Virus record (IMG/VR): IMGVR_UViG_3300017527_000885
DNA from: a virus
Reading direction: 5' to 3' (one strand)
DNA length: 64,000 nt
Positions 1 through 8,574 of the stretch are shown piece after piece. The translations under genes were made by a program, and so were the position numbers. The notes under the pieces were generated by a model, which was not told the origin of the DNA, ran no database searches, and saw only the letters and a program-made list of their open reading frames with translations. Numbering within the stretch: position 1 is the first letter of the stretch; each line of letters opens with the position of its first letter.

Positions 1-115
1 ACTGGTCTTTGAACCGGCCCAACAGGCATATAGGTGGGGCGCGGAATGGATTCGCACACCAGACTTTGTAATCCTGGGGGGAACACCGTTCAACCCAGAA
101 CCATGTCGGGCGATC

Positions 116-379
116 ATGGGGTATAATTTCCTTACTCCCACAAGCGTCCGAAAGTTCTGGGAAGAGTATCACCGCATAAGAAAGCAGGGGATAACTCTTT
201 TTGACCATGACGCGGAAGAGATTCGGTCGGTATTTCTCTCCAACCTCAGCACAGCAGCGGGAGATAAAGCCTGGCACGCCCCTGAAGGCTCTCTTATCTG
301 CACAGCCTTTGTTCCTCTAGTAGAGGTAAGCGGGACTTGTGCGGAGATTAAGAAGCAGATACGCAAAATAGGGAGGTGA
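116..379 (+). CDS. hypothetical protein
   Basis: 87-aa ORF. Its stop (377-379) abuts an RBS/ATG at 381, suggesting translational coupling. No recognisable motif. Confidence 0.3.
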   Translation: MGYNFLTPTSVRKFWEEYHRIRKQGITLFDHDAEEIRSVFLSNLSTAAGDKAWHAPEGSLICTAFVPLVEVSGTCAEIKKQIRKIGR

Positions 380-380
380 C

Positions 381-488
381 ATGGAAGCATCCTGGATGAT
401 CGTAGGAGCATTGATACTCGTGGCTAGCGCAGCCGTAGGGCACCAGCTAGCAATCAGAAAGAAAAATGGAGGGAAGGCAAATGGGTAA
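381..488 (+). CDS. possible small hydrophobic peptide (36 aa, MEASWMIVGALILVASAAVGHQLAIRKKNGGKANG)
   Basis: GGGAGG RBS followed by ATG at 381. Single predicted TM helix. Lies directly upstream of and overlapping the SPFH gene, an arrangement reminiscent of SPFH/NfeD-type membrane partners. Too short for the ORF track. Confidence 0.2.
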   Translation: MEASWMIVGALILVASAAVGHQLAIRKKNGGKANG

Positions 489-1527
489 CTTTCTAGCATT
501 TCTTGGAGCAGCAGGGCCAGCGCTGGCAATTTCCTTTTTCCTGTCATTGCTGGCAGGAGTGGGTCTCTACTCGATGACCCGGAGCGGGATTGCCGGGCTA
601 CTAGCTTTCGTAGTGGCCTTCATGGTAGTCTTCGGTGCAGGTTATGCCATTAGTGCCTACAACCCCGTGGATGTTCGGACGGTGGAGGTAATTACCAGAT
701 GGGGTAGACTGACTGGCGAGGTCTTTGAGCCAGGACTGCACTGGAAAGCCGCATTCATCGAGCGCACCGTCGTAATCCCCACAGCAATCAGGAGTTATGA
801 GACTGGCGATGCTCCTAATGAATCACGGGCTGACTTTACTGATATCCCCGTGACAGCACAGACCATTGACGGTCAGCAAATCGTGATTAAGTATACCGTA
901 ATCTTTCGCATCGACGCTGAAAATGTTGTCAGCGTAGTAGACAACATCGGTGACATCAATGAGGTTGTGGAGAACATCGTGAAGGCCCAGAGTCGTTCCC
1001 AGTCCCGTGTACTAGCACAAAACTACACTGCCGACGCACTGTATAGTGGCGATGGTATCGTGGGCTATCGGGATACTGTGTATCAGGCTCTTGAAGACGG
1101 ATTCGCGCCCTATGGCATCACAATGGTTGACTTTCTAATCCGCAAGATCGACTTCGCCCAAGAGTACATTGATGCTATTGAGGCTCAGCAGATTGCCGAG
1201 GAGAATATCGAAACTCAGCTTTACAACGCCATGGCTGCTGAGAACGAGCGTGACCGCCTAAACACCCTAGCAGAAGCGGACGCAAGGCGCGCAGTATTGC
1301 TGGCGCAGTCCGAAGCAGAGCGCACAAGACTTACGGCTCAGGCTAACGCCGATCAGCAAAGGTTGATGGCAGATGCAGAGGCCTACAGCATCGAGACTCG
1401 CGGGGGGGCACTTCGTGCCTACCCAGAGATGTTGCAACTAGAGTTCATCCTCACACTGGACCATGTGAACTGGGGTATTATGCCAGACACTGGCATTACC
1501 CCCCTACTCCAACTACCAACTCAGTAA
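466..1527 (+). CDS. SPFH/band-7 (stomatin/prohibitin/HflK-C-like) membrane protein
   Basis: N-terminal TM segment, then a region with SPFH-domain character (VIKYTVIFRIDAENVVSVVDNIGD...AQSRSQSRVLAQ), then an Ala/Gln/Glu-rich coiled-coil tail. The likely real start is ATG 481 (MGNFLAF) after a GGAGGGAAGG RBS. Confidence 0.65.
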   Translation: MEGRQMGNFLAFLGAAGPALAISFFLSLLAGVGLYSMTRSGIAGLLAFVVAFMVVFGAGYAISAYNPVDVRTVEVITRWGRLTGEVFEPGLHWKAAFIERTVVIPTAIRSYETGDAPNESRADFTDIPVTAQTIDGQQIVIKYTVIFRIDAENVVSVVDNIGDINEVVENIVKAQSRSQSRVLAQNYTADALYSGDGIVGYRDTVYQALEDGFAPYGITMVDFLIRKIDFAQEYIDAIEAQQIAEENIETQLYNAMAAENERDRLNTLAEADARRAVLLAQSEAERTRLTAQANADQQRLMADAEAYSIETRGGALRAYPEMLQLEFILTLDHVNWGIMPDTGITPLLQLPTQ

Positions 1528-1574
1528 GTCTAACGGGGGCGGGGTTTCGGCTCCGCCCCCACTTGGAGGTCATC

Positions 1575-1829
1575 ATGCACTTTAGAACTAAGTTCCCTGG
1601 CCCCTGGTGGGCCTATGTAGCAGTTGTAATTGTAATCTTTGCCCTGACCGCCTCATGCACACCAGAAGGCTATGATCCAAGCGGATCGACTGTATATACA
1701 GGGCAAGTCACCGAGCTAGCAGATATCAACTACGGCGAACTCATTCGGGTTGTAGATAGAGAGTACAATCGAGTGTGCTGGATAGCAACATACAACGACG
1801 TAGACATGGACTGTATTCCCTTGGAGTAA
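1575..1829 (+). CDS. small membrane/lipoprotein-like protein
   Basis: GGAGG RBS with ATG at 1575. Hydrophobic N-terminus ending LTASC (lipobox-like). Preceded by a GC hairpin at 1535-1560. Confidence 0.3.
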   Translation: MHFRTKFPGPWWAYVAVVIVIFALTASCTPEGYDPSGSTVYTGQVTELADINYGELIRVVDREYNRVCWIATYNDVDMDCIPLE

Positions 1830-1831
1830 CA

Positions 1832-2050
1832 ATGGCAGAATCTACCGTGCCCCGCACCTGTGAATTCTGTGAACACGCGGAACACTATCCCCGCACTCCC
1901 TCTAAGATAAAAAAGGGGGCAAGGCAACCAGCATTCTATATCTGTAAAGCGGGGTATGGTAGCATCACGGAAGACGAGCTAGCTGAGGAAGTAATCAAAG
2001 GTATATGGTTTTGCTGGGCCTGGGAGGAGAGAGATGAAACCCCTGAGTAG
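1832..2050 (+). CDS. small Cys-rich hypothetical protein
   Basis: ATG 1832 with GGAG upstream. CxxC...C...C pattern (CEFCEH...CKAGYG...FCW). Confidence 0.3.
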   Translation: MAESTVPRTCEFCEHAEHYPRTPSKIKKGARQPAFYICKAGYGSITEDELAEEVIKGIWFCWAWEERDETPE

Positions 2051-2354
2051 AGAGGAACTAGACAAGTACACCATTCCTCTAAAGGGCGCATCCGCTGATG
2101 CCTGGTCGGGTAAAGGTTCCGGCCTCAGCCAGCCAATAGCCAGGCCCTGTAACGTATGGGACAATTGGACTAACGAGTTCAAGGGCTGGCGAGTGGCAAC
2201 ATTTGACGCCGATCCCGAGAGTCCTCACTACAATAGAATTCAACAGGTCTTTTTTAGAAATAATCAGGACTACCCGCTCCTTACCGAGCTAACCCAGGAG
2301 AGTTTCCGGGCGGCAGTAGAAGAAGTGGGCCTAAAAATTGCGGAAAGTACTTGA
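2034..2354 (+). CDS. hypothetical protein
   Basis: 106-aa ORF. No motif recognised. Confidence 0.3.
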   Translation: MKPLSREELDKYTIPLKGASADAWSGKGSGLSQPIARPCNVWDNWTNEFKGWRVATFDADPESPHYNRIQQVFFRNNQDYPLLTELTQESFRAAVEEVGLKIAEST

Positions 2355-2379
2355 CATTTGACTGCCGTTTTGCTATAAT
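2351..2379 (+). promoter_or_regulatory. consensus sigma70 promoter TTGACA-17-TATAAT
   Basis: TTGACA at 2351-2356, a 17-nt spacer (which includes TGC before the -10), TATAAT at 2374-2379. Sits about 100 nt upstream of the 2489 operon. Confidence 0.7.
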
Positions 2380-2435
2380 ATGGGTAGCCCAGGCCATACT
2401 CCTGCCAAGGAGTTCAGGCCCATGGCTTTACCCTC

Positions 2436-2472
2436 CGGGAAGCGGCGGCTCTTAATGAGTTCGCCGCTTCCG
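2436..2472 (+). promoter_or_regulatory. 5'-UTR stem-loop immediately upstream of the RBS
   Basis: Perfect 10-bp stem, GGAAGCGGCG (2438-2447) with CGCCGCTTCC (2462-2471), and a 14-nt loop. It sits between the predicted TSS and the AAGGAGG RBS/ATG at 2489. Confidence 0.5.
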
Positions 2473-2488
2473 TACTAAGGAGGATCAG

Positions 2489-2695
2489 ATGTCACAACTT
2501 ACCTACCAAGTCGCGTATTACTTCAAACTAGACAATAGGGTAGAGGGCTGGGGCGATGTCACCCTCACTGTCCACCGTCTTGTCACAAACAAAGCGGAGA
2601 TTGACGAGGTAAAACAGACTATCAGGGATCACCATGATGAATTCAATGACGATACCACTATCGTCATCATGTCCATATCCCGGCTAGGAGTATAA
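2489..2695 (+). CDS. hypothetical protein (68 aa)
   Basis: Strong AAGGAGG RBS. First gene downstream of the consensus promoter. Confidence 0.45.
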   Translation: MSQLTYQVAYYFKLDNRVEGWGDVTLTVHRLVTNKAEIDEVKQTIRDHHDEFNDDTTIVIMSISRLGV

Positions 2696-2696
2696 A

Positions 2697-3443
2697 ATGA
2701 GTGTAATATACCAGCCAAAGGGACGCGCAGGAGAGTACGCAGACTGGGCAGCTAACCTCTATGTTGGTTGTTCCCACAAATGCCGTTACTGTTACGGCGC
2801 TAAAGTCCTACGGATGCCCAGAGAAGAGTTCGATGTACCCCGAGCCAAAGATGACATTGTTGTCCGTATGGGCCAGGCGGCCGCCAACCTGGCACGTAGG
2901 GGACAGACCGAGCAGGTTCTTCTGAGTTTCGTTTGTGATGACTACCAGCCCCTGGATGCAGAGACCGGGATCACCCGTGCCTGCATCAATGCCCTGCACC
3001 GCAATGGCCAGCACGTTTGTATCCTGACCAAGGGTGGGACCCGCGCGCTCAGGGACATTGACCTTATGACTCCCAAAGATGCCTTTGCCTGCTCCCTCAC
3101 CTGCCTGGATGTTGGCGACAGCCTCAGATGGGAACCGGGAGCGGCGACTCCACAGGACAGACTTGTGGCACTGGAGGCCTTTCATCGAGCAGACATTCCT
3201 ACATGGGTAAGCCTGGAACCAGTCATTAGACCGGAGTGGACACTAAGGCTAATCCGGCTGACTCACCGCTGGGTTGATATGTACAAAGTCGGCAAGATGA
3301 ACTACCAGAATTCACTGCCCGACGATCTCAAGAGTGAGGTCATGGGTATAGACTGGGGCCGATTTGGTCGAGATGCAATAAAACTACTAGAGTCCCTTGG
3401 TAAGGATTTTCTAGTTAAAGACGACTTGGCAAAGCTACTTTAA
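2697..3443 (+). CDS. radical SAM enzyme (SplB/COG1533-like motif)
   Basis: CSHKCRYCYGA near the N-terminus gives a CxxxCxxC 4Fe-4S/SAM motif with the C-YCY flavour of DNA-repair-photolyase-like radical SAM proteins. The start overlaps the upstream stop (ATAAAATG). Confidence 0.55.
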   Translation: MSVIYQPKGRAGEYADWAANLYVGCSHKCRYCYGAKVLRMPREEFDVPRAKDDIVVRMGQAAANLARRGQTEQVLLSFVCDDYQPLDAETGITRACINALHRNGQHVCILTKGGTRALRDIDLMTPKDAFACSLTCLDVGDSLRWEPGAATPQDRLVALEAFHRADIPTWVSLEPVIRPEWTLRLIRLTHRWVDMYKVGKMNYQNSLPDDLKSEVMGIDWGRFGRDAIKLLESLGKDFLVKDDLAKLL

Positions 3444-3756
3444 TCTTTGTCACGGCGAGGGCCGATATAACCTCGGCAGCAGGGCGAAGCCTGAAACCCT
3501 GACTTATCACAGAAGCCTTCTGGGGGGAGATACCCGGAAGGTGGGTGCCAACCGATTCCGCTCTGAAACGAGCAAAGCCCTATTGGTGCCGAAAGTGTAT
3601 TCTCTAGAGAAGGCCATATACCCCAATCGGATGGCCGCGCTCCTGAGCGCACAAGCAAGTAGGAGAGGCGCAAGCCTCTGCCACAGTCATTGGTGGAGTG
3701 ATCCTGTAGGAGGGCGAACTTTGTCTGGTGACTAGTCATTAAATGGCAGTATCAAA

Positions 3757-3805
3757 GGCCGCCACTGGCGGCCTCTCGCGCTTCGCGCGAGATTGTTGTA
3801 TAATG
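3757..3805 (+). promoter_or_regulatory. two adjacent perfect palindromes (operator-like) abutting a -10 element upstream of ssb
   Basis: GGCCGCC-act-GGCGGCC (3757-3773) and TCTCGCGC-ttc-GCGCGAGA (3774-3792). TGTATAAT follows, with the -10 at 3799-3804, 45 nt before the ssb ATG. Confidence 0.45.
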
Positions 3806-3848
3806 CTGGTGCTCTCTCCCCTAAACGATAAACTGAATAGGAGAAAAA

Positions 3849-4238
3849 ATGTACCATCAAATAACTGTACTAGGTAGGGCGACAGCAGACCCCGAGGTTA
3901 GAATGACCTCGGCAGATGCCCAAGTAGCCAATTTTACTCTGGCTGTAAATGAGGGATTTGGAGACAACCAAAAGACTCTCTGGTTCCGAGTTGCAGCCTG
4001 GAGAAAGCTGGCCGAAGTGTGCGAGAGAATGGTCACGAAGGGTACCACTATGCTTATCACTGGCAAGCTTGTTGATGACGGTGAGGGCAACCCTCGCGTT
4101 TGGTCTGGCTCTGATGGCAAGGCCAACGCCAGTTTCGAAATCACCGTCAAAGACCTTCGCATCATTGGCGGGACCAAGCCCCGAGGGGATGGGGAAGGTG
4201 GCCCACCAACAGAGGCAGAGGAAGAAATACCCTTCTAA
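3849..4238 (+). CDS. ssb: single-stranded DNA-binding protein
   Basis: OB-fold SSB signature (ITVLGRATADPEVRMT...ANFTLAVN...LWFRVAAWRKLAE...GKLVDD). Gly-rich tail ending in the acidic EEEIPF, the analogue of SSB's DDDIPF. Confidence 0.9.
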   Translation: MYHQITVLGRATADPEVRMTSADAQVANFTLAVNEGFGDNQKTLWFRVAAWRKLAEVCERMVTKGTTMLITGKLVDDGEGNPRVWSGSDGKANASFEITVKDLRIIGGTKPRGDGEGGPPTEAEEEIPF

Positions 4239-4266
4239 TAAACTGAATCGGGAGAGAGTGCTAGCG

Positions 4267-4294
4267 AGGGGGGCGGCTATGTCCGCCCCCTTTT
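4267..4294 (+). terminator. rho-independent terminator after ssb
   Basis: GGGGGCGG-ctatgt-CCGCCCCC followed by TTTT. Confidence 0.7.
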
Positions 4295-4337
4295 GCATGA
4301 ACTCTAAGCCAATTGGTCCGAGTTTCCCCAAAAACTA

Positions 4338-4346
4338 TGGTATAAT
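4338..4346 (+). promoter_or_regulatory. extended -10 promoter TGGTATAAT
   Basis: CTATGGTATAAT. The same 12-mer recurs at 17426-17437. Confidence 0.45.
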
Positions 4347-4394
4347 AATCCCGCGTTGGAATCAACCTTGACACAACACTAGGCCACATGGATA

Positions 4395-4745
4395 ATGATG
4401 ACACGGCGAAAAAAGTTTGCCCCCTCTCAACAACTTGCACTTTTCTTTTGGACCGAGATACTTGAGGAACAGCGCGACCCCTGGCGCACAACCGGGTTCC
4501 GTCGTTACCTTGGGGAAGCATCTCGGGTAATTAAACAGTTTGATGATCTCGACATAGATGCCCTGCGGTCTGCCCTTGAGACGATGAAGGACGACGGATT
4601 GTTCCTTCGGAGTAAACCGCCCGGAATTTGGAGCGCGATGAGTTGGAAGCCTCGGGGCGAGAGCCAGACCTACTATGAGATCGCAGTAGAGGGGGAAGAA
4701 GCACCGCCGATCTACGATGTGTGGGCTATCATCGCACAGGAGTAA
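4395..4745 (+). CDS. hypothetical protein
   Basis: 116-aa ORF following the promoter-like element. Confidence 0.4.
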   Translation: MMTRRKKFAPSQQLALFFWTEILEEQRDPWRTTGFRRYLGEASRVIKQFDDLDIDALRSALETMKDDGLFLRSKPPGIWSAMSWKPRGESQTYYEIAVEGEEAPPIYDVWAIIAQE

Positions 4746-6166
4746 GGGGGTATGGTGTGAGTGCTTCCCAAAGTTCAGACAAGTATCTAGATGCCCAAAG
4801 GGCAGTCATACAAAATCTGTTCGTTGATGCTAGAGAGGGGAAACAGGAAACCATTAAGGTTCTCATGGACCAAGTGGGCCTGAACTCCTCTTTTTTTGGT
4901 TCAGAACACCTTCGCTTGGCCTACCAAGTATTTCAAAGGCTCTACGTCGACAGCGCGCAGAATGGTGTTATCTTTGGGCTGCCAGAGGTATTCACCACTC
5001 TTGAGCTAGAGTACCGAACCAATGGACATGAGGATAACGCCGCCAATCTGGTCGGGCAGTGGAGGGATAAAGTCGATGGCCTGGATAAATCTCTAGTAGG
5101 AAGTCCAAGGAGTGCAGCCCAGGTGCTTATGACATCAGGAATTAAGAAAGCAATTAAAAAGGAACTCCCAGATTTTAGTGAGAGAATACGCAAGGCTCAG
5201 TCGCAGAACAAGTTGGCGGACGAGCTAGCCGGATTCGGTTACTTCCTATTGGGCCTAGCAGAGTCCAGCAACAACGAAGCGGTAACGCTGACCAGTGCCC
5301 TTGAGGAAGCACAGTTCAAGCAGTCTACCTCAACTGGCTACAGATGGCTAGACAAAGAGGTACTGTGGAACAGGTTCACAAACAGTGGCGGGTTTTCTTT
5401 TGGGAGTCTGATTATCTGGATGGCCCCAAGCGGTCACGGCAAGACAAGCGTTGCAGCCTCATTGGCCTCTCGTCAGGCACTTGCTGGCAGACCTACTATT
5501 TTCCTCACCGCCGAGGAATCCACCGCAAGCGTGGCGCTCCGTGTCTTTAGTGCGGTTTCAGGCTTGCCTGCTCATGCGTTTCTAAACCCTTCCGGGAAGG
5601 AAGAGGAAGAGGCGAAGGCCACCGCAATGGAGATAGCCAATAAGTATGTGTTTGCCTACGAGTTCTCCAATATGGCGGATATCGAGACCAAGATCAGGCG
5701 ACACAAAACACAGTTCGGAAAGAACTCCCCAATGCTGGTAGTCCTGGACCACATCTCTGCCTTGGACAGCGGGGCAGGGAACTGGTCAAGAGACCTGGAG
5801 CAGGTTGCCAAGAGCCTCAAGCAATTGGCTATGAGACAGGATGTATGCCTGCTTGTATTTTCCCAGGTTCCAGTGGAAATGGAAACCGAACTGAGAAAGA
5901 AGAACTTTACCCACAGAGCAGATGCCCGTGGGTCGCGTGGTATCAGGATGTGGGCGGACTATGTGGTGGTTTCGTGCCGCCACAATGGCAAGGATGAGTA
6001 TGGAGAGTATGACCCCCGGTTCAACACAGCAACAGTTATTCAGCGCCAGAAGAACCGATACGATACGGCGCGCGCCGTCTGGGGGACATTCGAGTTTGAT
6101 CCGGCTCTCAGTATCATAACGGACAACTTGTTACTCAACTCCTACCCTGCCAAATCAGAGTTCTAG
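4721..6166 (+). CDS. DnaB-like replicative helicase / RecA-fold ATPase
   Basis: Walker A (MAPSGHGKTS) and Walker B-like (MLVVLDHISALD) motifs. Overall DnaB C-terminal domain architecture. Alternative in-frame start GTG 4757 after AGGAGTAAGGGGG. Confidence 0.7.
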   Translation: MGYHRTGVRGYGVSASQSSDKYLDAQRAVIQNLFVDAREGKQETIKVLMDQVGLNSSFFGSEHLRLAYQVFQRLYVDSAQNGVIFGLPEVFTTLELEYRTNGHEDNAANLVGQWRDKVDGLDKSLVGSPRSAAQVLMTSGIKKAIKKELPDFSERIRKAQSQNKLADELAGFGYFLLGLAESSNNEAVTLTSALEEAQFKQSTSTGYRWLDKEVLWNRFTNSGGFSFGSLIIWMAPSGHGKTSVAASLASRQALAGRPTIFLTAEESTASVALRVFSAVSGLPAHAFLNPSGKEEEEAKATAMEIANKYVFAYEFSNMADIETKIRRHKTQFGKNSPMLVVLDHISALDSGAGNWSRDLEQVAKSLKQLAMRQDVCLLVFSQVPVEMETELRKKNFTHRADARGSRGIRMWADYVVVSCRHNGKDEYGEYDPRFNTATVIQRQKNRYDTARAVWGTFEFDPALSIITDNLLLNSYPAKSEF

Positions 6167-6175
6167 GAGAGTAAA

Positions 6176-6535
6176 GTGAATGAGGTCACAGAAGCTAGCT
6201 TGGATATCCGGCTCTCTCAGAGGGCCGTTTGGCGCAGGAACTATCAAAAACAAGTGGCGGCCGAGAAACGCCGCGCAGAAACCGCAGCATCACTCGGCCA
6301 ATGGCGACCCACGGATGATCCCTGTGACTGCGAAACCCCCGGCTTATCCCACAATAAGATAGAGATGCTAAACAGCCAGACCAAAGAGTGGGAGCAAATG
6401 TGCCCCATCGGTTACTACGTGTTCTGTCTTGCGCGACTAGCATTGTGGGGAGAGGTCGAGATGCCAACAAGAGAGCAGTATCATGCGCTGATCGGTCACG
6501 AGGTGAGCCATCAGAGAGGAGAAAATAATGAGTGA
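6176..6535 (+). CDS. hypothetical protein
   Basis: 119-aa ORF. Confidence 0.35.
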   Translation: MNEVTEASLDIRLSQRAVWRRNYQKQVAAEKRRAETAASLGQWRPTDDPCDCETPGLSHNKIEMLNSQTKEWEQMCPIGYYVFCLARLALWGEVEMPTREQYHALIGHEVSHQRGENNE

Positions 6536-7691
6536 GAAAAATGAAGCGATTGTTGAAGAGGCAGCCGCGCAAGGATCAGAGGAGGCAGTGCAGACGTTCA
6601 TTAGAGACCATGCTAATGCACTAAACATTACCCAGTTGCAACTAATCTGGGCTACCTACTATGGAGTAAGCCCGCTGGGTATCACAATGATCCAGAACCG
6701 GGGCCACGTGAACCAGCAGGGGATTTCAGAGAAGTGGTCCGAGCACATGGAAGAGATGGGCTATGAGTTTGAAGCTTTCCAGTTGCGCGATCTAGCCCCT
6801 GGTACCCACGACATAGAAGGCAAACCTCACCGGGTGGTGGGCTATGACACCTACATAGCAGTCCGCACAGCGGACGGAGCACTCAAAGAGGTAGGAACGA
6901 AAGACCCGCTGATAATTAACGACCAGCTTATTCCTACTGGTGAGCCTGGTTGGGCGGCCTACTCGGACAGCCCTGTTGGCCGCAACCAAAAGAGCCGACC
7001 GGGGGGTAGCGGTTACAGCGAGGCAAGCGAGAGCCTGGCCTACCTCAAAATGCATGCCGCAACCCGAGCCAGGCTGAGAGGAAAGAAGGCCCTTTTGCTT
7101 ATGGATGGCAAGTCACTGCCAACACTAGCAGAGGAAATGGATATCGAGACCTTGTTCGGCGGCACGGATGTAGTGCCACTCAACAATGCCAGCCCCAGTG
7201 GGGGCGTGTCTGCTCCCGCAGGCCCTGGCGAGGTTCTGGTTCCATTCAAAAGGGCCAAAGAAATGTTTGGCGGGAACACACCAACCGTCGCCCAGCTTTG
7301 GGAGAAAGATAAGGGTTATTGCCAGTGGATGATCCAGAATGTCACTGATAACTCGGTTGGGGATGCAATGAGAGAGTTCCTAGCTGGCAAGAGTATGAGC
7401 GGGATGGACGGCTCGGTGATGTTCAGAGAGGTCCGCAAGTCCGCCCCAGATTACAAGGTTTTTATGGACACACTGATTGAGAACCTGGATGGGGCAGGAT
7501 TCGATACCAGAAAGAAACGCAAAGACCTTCTCGAGAGTCTTTTCGAGAAACCACAACTAGAGGATTGCACTCTAGAGCAGGTGAGAACATTGAACAGATT
7601 TGCCGCAGCAATAACTGGTGGAATGGAAGAAGACGCCGCCAGAAAGATGATTGAGGCAACCAATGTCGATGCTGAAAGTTCAGCCGCCTAA
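6528..7691 (+). CDS. hypothetical protein
   Basis: 387-aa ORF whose start overlaps the previous stop (ATGAGTGAG). Confidence 0.45.
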   Translation: MSEKNEAIVEEAAAQGSEEAVQTFIRDHANALNITQLQLIWATYYGVSPLGITMIQNRGHVNQQGISEKWSEHMEEMGYEFEAFQLRDLAPGTHDIEGKPHRVVGYDTYIAVRTADGALKEVGTKDPLIINDQLIPTGEPGWAAYSDSPVGRNQKSRPGGSGYSEASESLAYLKMHAATRARLRGKKALLLMDGKSLPTLAEEMDIETLFGGTDVVPLNNASPSGGVSAPAGPGEVLVPFKRAKEMFGGNTPTVAQLWEKDKGYCQWMIQNVTDNSVGDAMREFLAGKSMSGMDGSVMFREVRKSAPDYKVFMDTLIENLDGAGFDTRKKRKDLLESLFEKPQLEDCTLEQVRTLNRFAAAITGGMEEDAARKMIEATNVDAESSAA

Positions 7692-8574
7692 AACCATAGT
7701 CCTAACCGACGACTTTGATGCTGAGTTCAGTCGGCTAATGAAGGCCCTTGAGGGCCAGAAGGGTGCGGCAATAATCGCCCAGCTTCACGCATCCTGGATA
7801 GTTCTCAAGGGCCTGTGGACTCAGGCGAAGATTTGGTACGACTATGAGACCGGGAGGGAGTATGCACACGAAAGTGATATTCCCCTCGAGATCAGGGCAG
7901 TTGTATCCGCTAAGAGAGTCTATGATACCCAGAGAGACTTTCTGAGAGACATGGAGCAGTTCGGCTTGCGGTACTCCACCTTTTTCAAAAGACACAAGCC
8001 CATTGAGAGAGGGATTGCAATTTGGGAGAAGGCGCACGGAGAGTTGATGGGGCCGACTGAACTACTGGGCCTGGTGCGACGTACTATGCTTTCGCCAGCC
8101 TCTGTTGAGGTAGCTCAAGATGCTGTGTTTGAGTTTGGCAAAGACGATTTTACTAAGGAGAGCATAGTCACCGGAGTCCGGGAAGAAGCTGCCAAGCGCC
8201 TACCAGACCTATCAGATGTTGACTTACCCGAGGAACTGGATGAACAGGTGCAGCTAGTGGCTGAAGCTTATGAGAACTTTATCACCCCGCTGCAGTCGGG
8301 GATGGATGAGGCTCAGCAGCTTCCCCGCCAAACTATGCGCGAGGTCAGACGTACTCTTTTGCAGAAGCCAGCTATATCGGCCTACTACGACTACGATATA
8401 AATTGCTTTGGAATATACATCGAATACCCAGAGGGGGCAGGAGAGGGTTGGACGATTAAGGTGCCAGAGCGTTTTACTATGAGAATCTACGACGAGAAGA
8501 AAGAGGACGTGACAGACATCCTGGAACCAGAGATAGATGCCTGGCTCAGGAAGCGCCTAAGAATCTCAGGTTGA
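7651..8574 (+). CDS. hypothetical protein
   Basis: 307-aa ORF, last gene of the + block. Its end converges on the - strand gene (9-nt overlap). Confidence 0.45.
   Translation: MRQPMSMLKVQPPKTIVLTDDFDAEFSRLMKALEGQKGAAIIAQLHASWIVLKGLWTQAKIWYDYETGREYAHESDIPLEIRAVVSAKRVYDTQRDFLRDMEQFGLRYSTFFKRHKPIERGIAIWEKAHGELMGPTELLGLVRRTMLSPASVEVAQDAVFEFGKDDFTKESIVTGVREEAAKRLPDLSDVDLPEELDEQVQLVAEAYENFITPLQSGMDEAQQLPRQTMREVRRTLLQKPAISAYYDYDINCFGIYIEYPEGAGEGWTIKVPERFTMRIYDEKKEDVTDILEPEIDAWLRKRLRISG

Noticed and set aside
1-115. tRNA-like appearance (TTCAACC T-loop-like, CTTTGTAAT anticodon-loop-like)
   Set aside because: No consistent cloverleaf could be drawn. Acceptor, D and T stems are not complementary.
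5981-5996. Another CCTTGCCATTG match on the - strand inside the helicase gene
   Set aside because: No -10 element at the proper spacing and no - strand gene downstream. It is likely a chance partial match.
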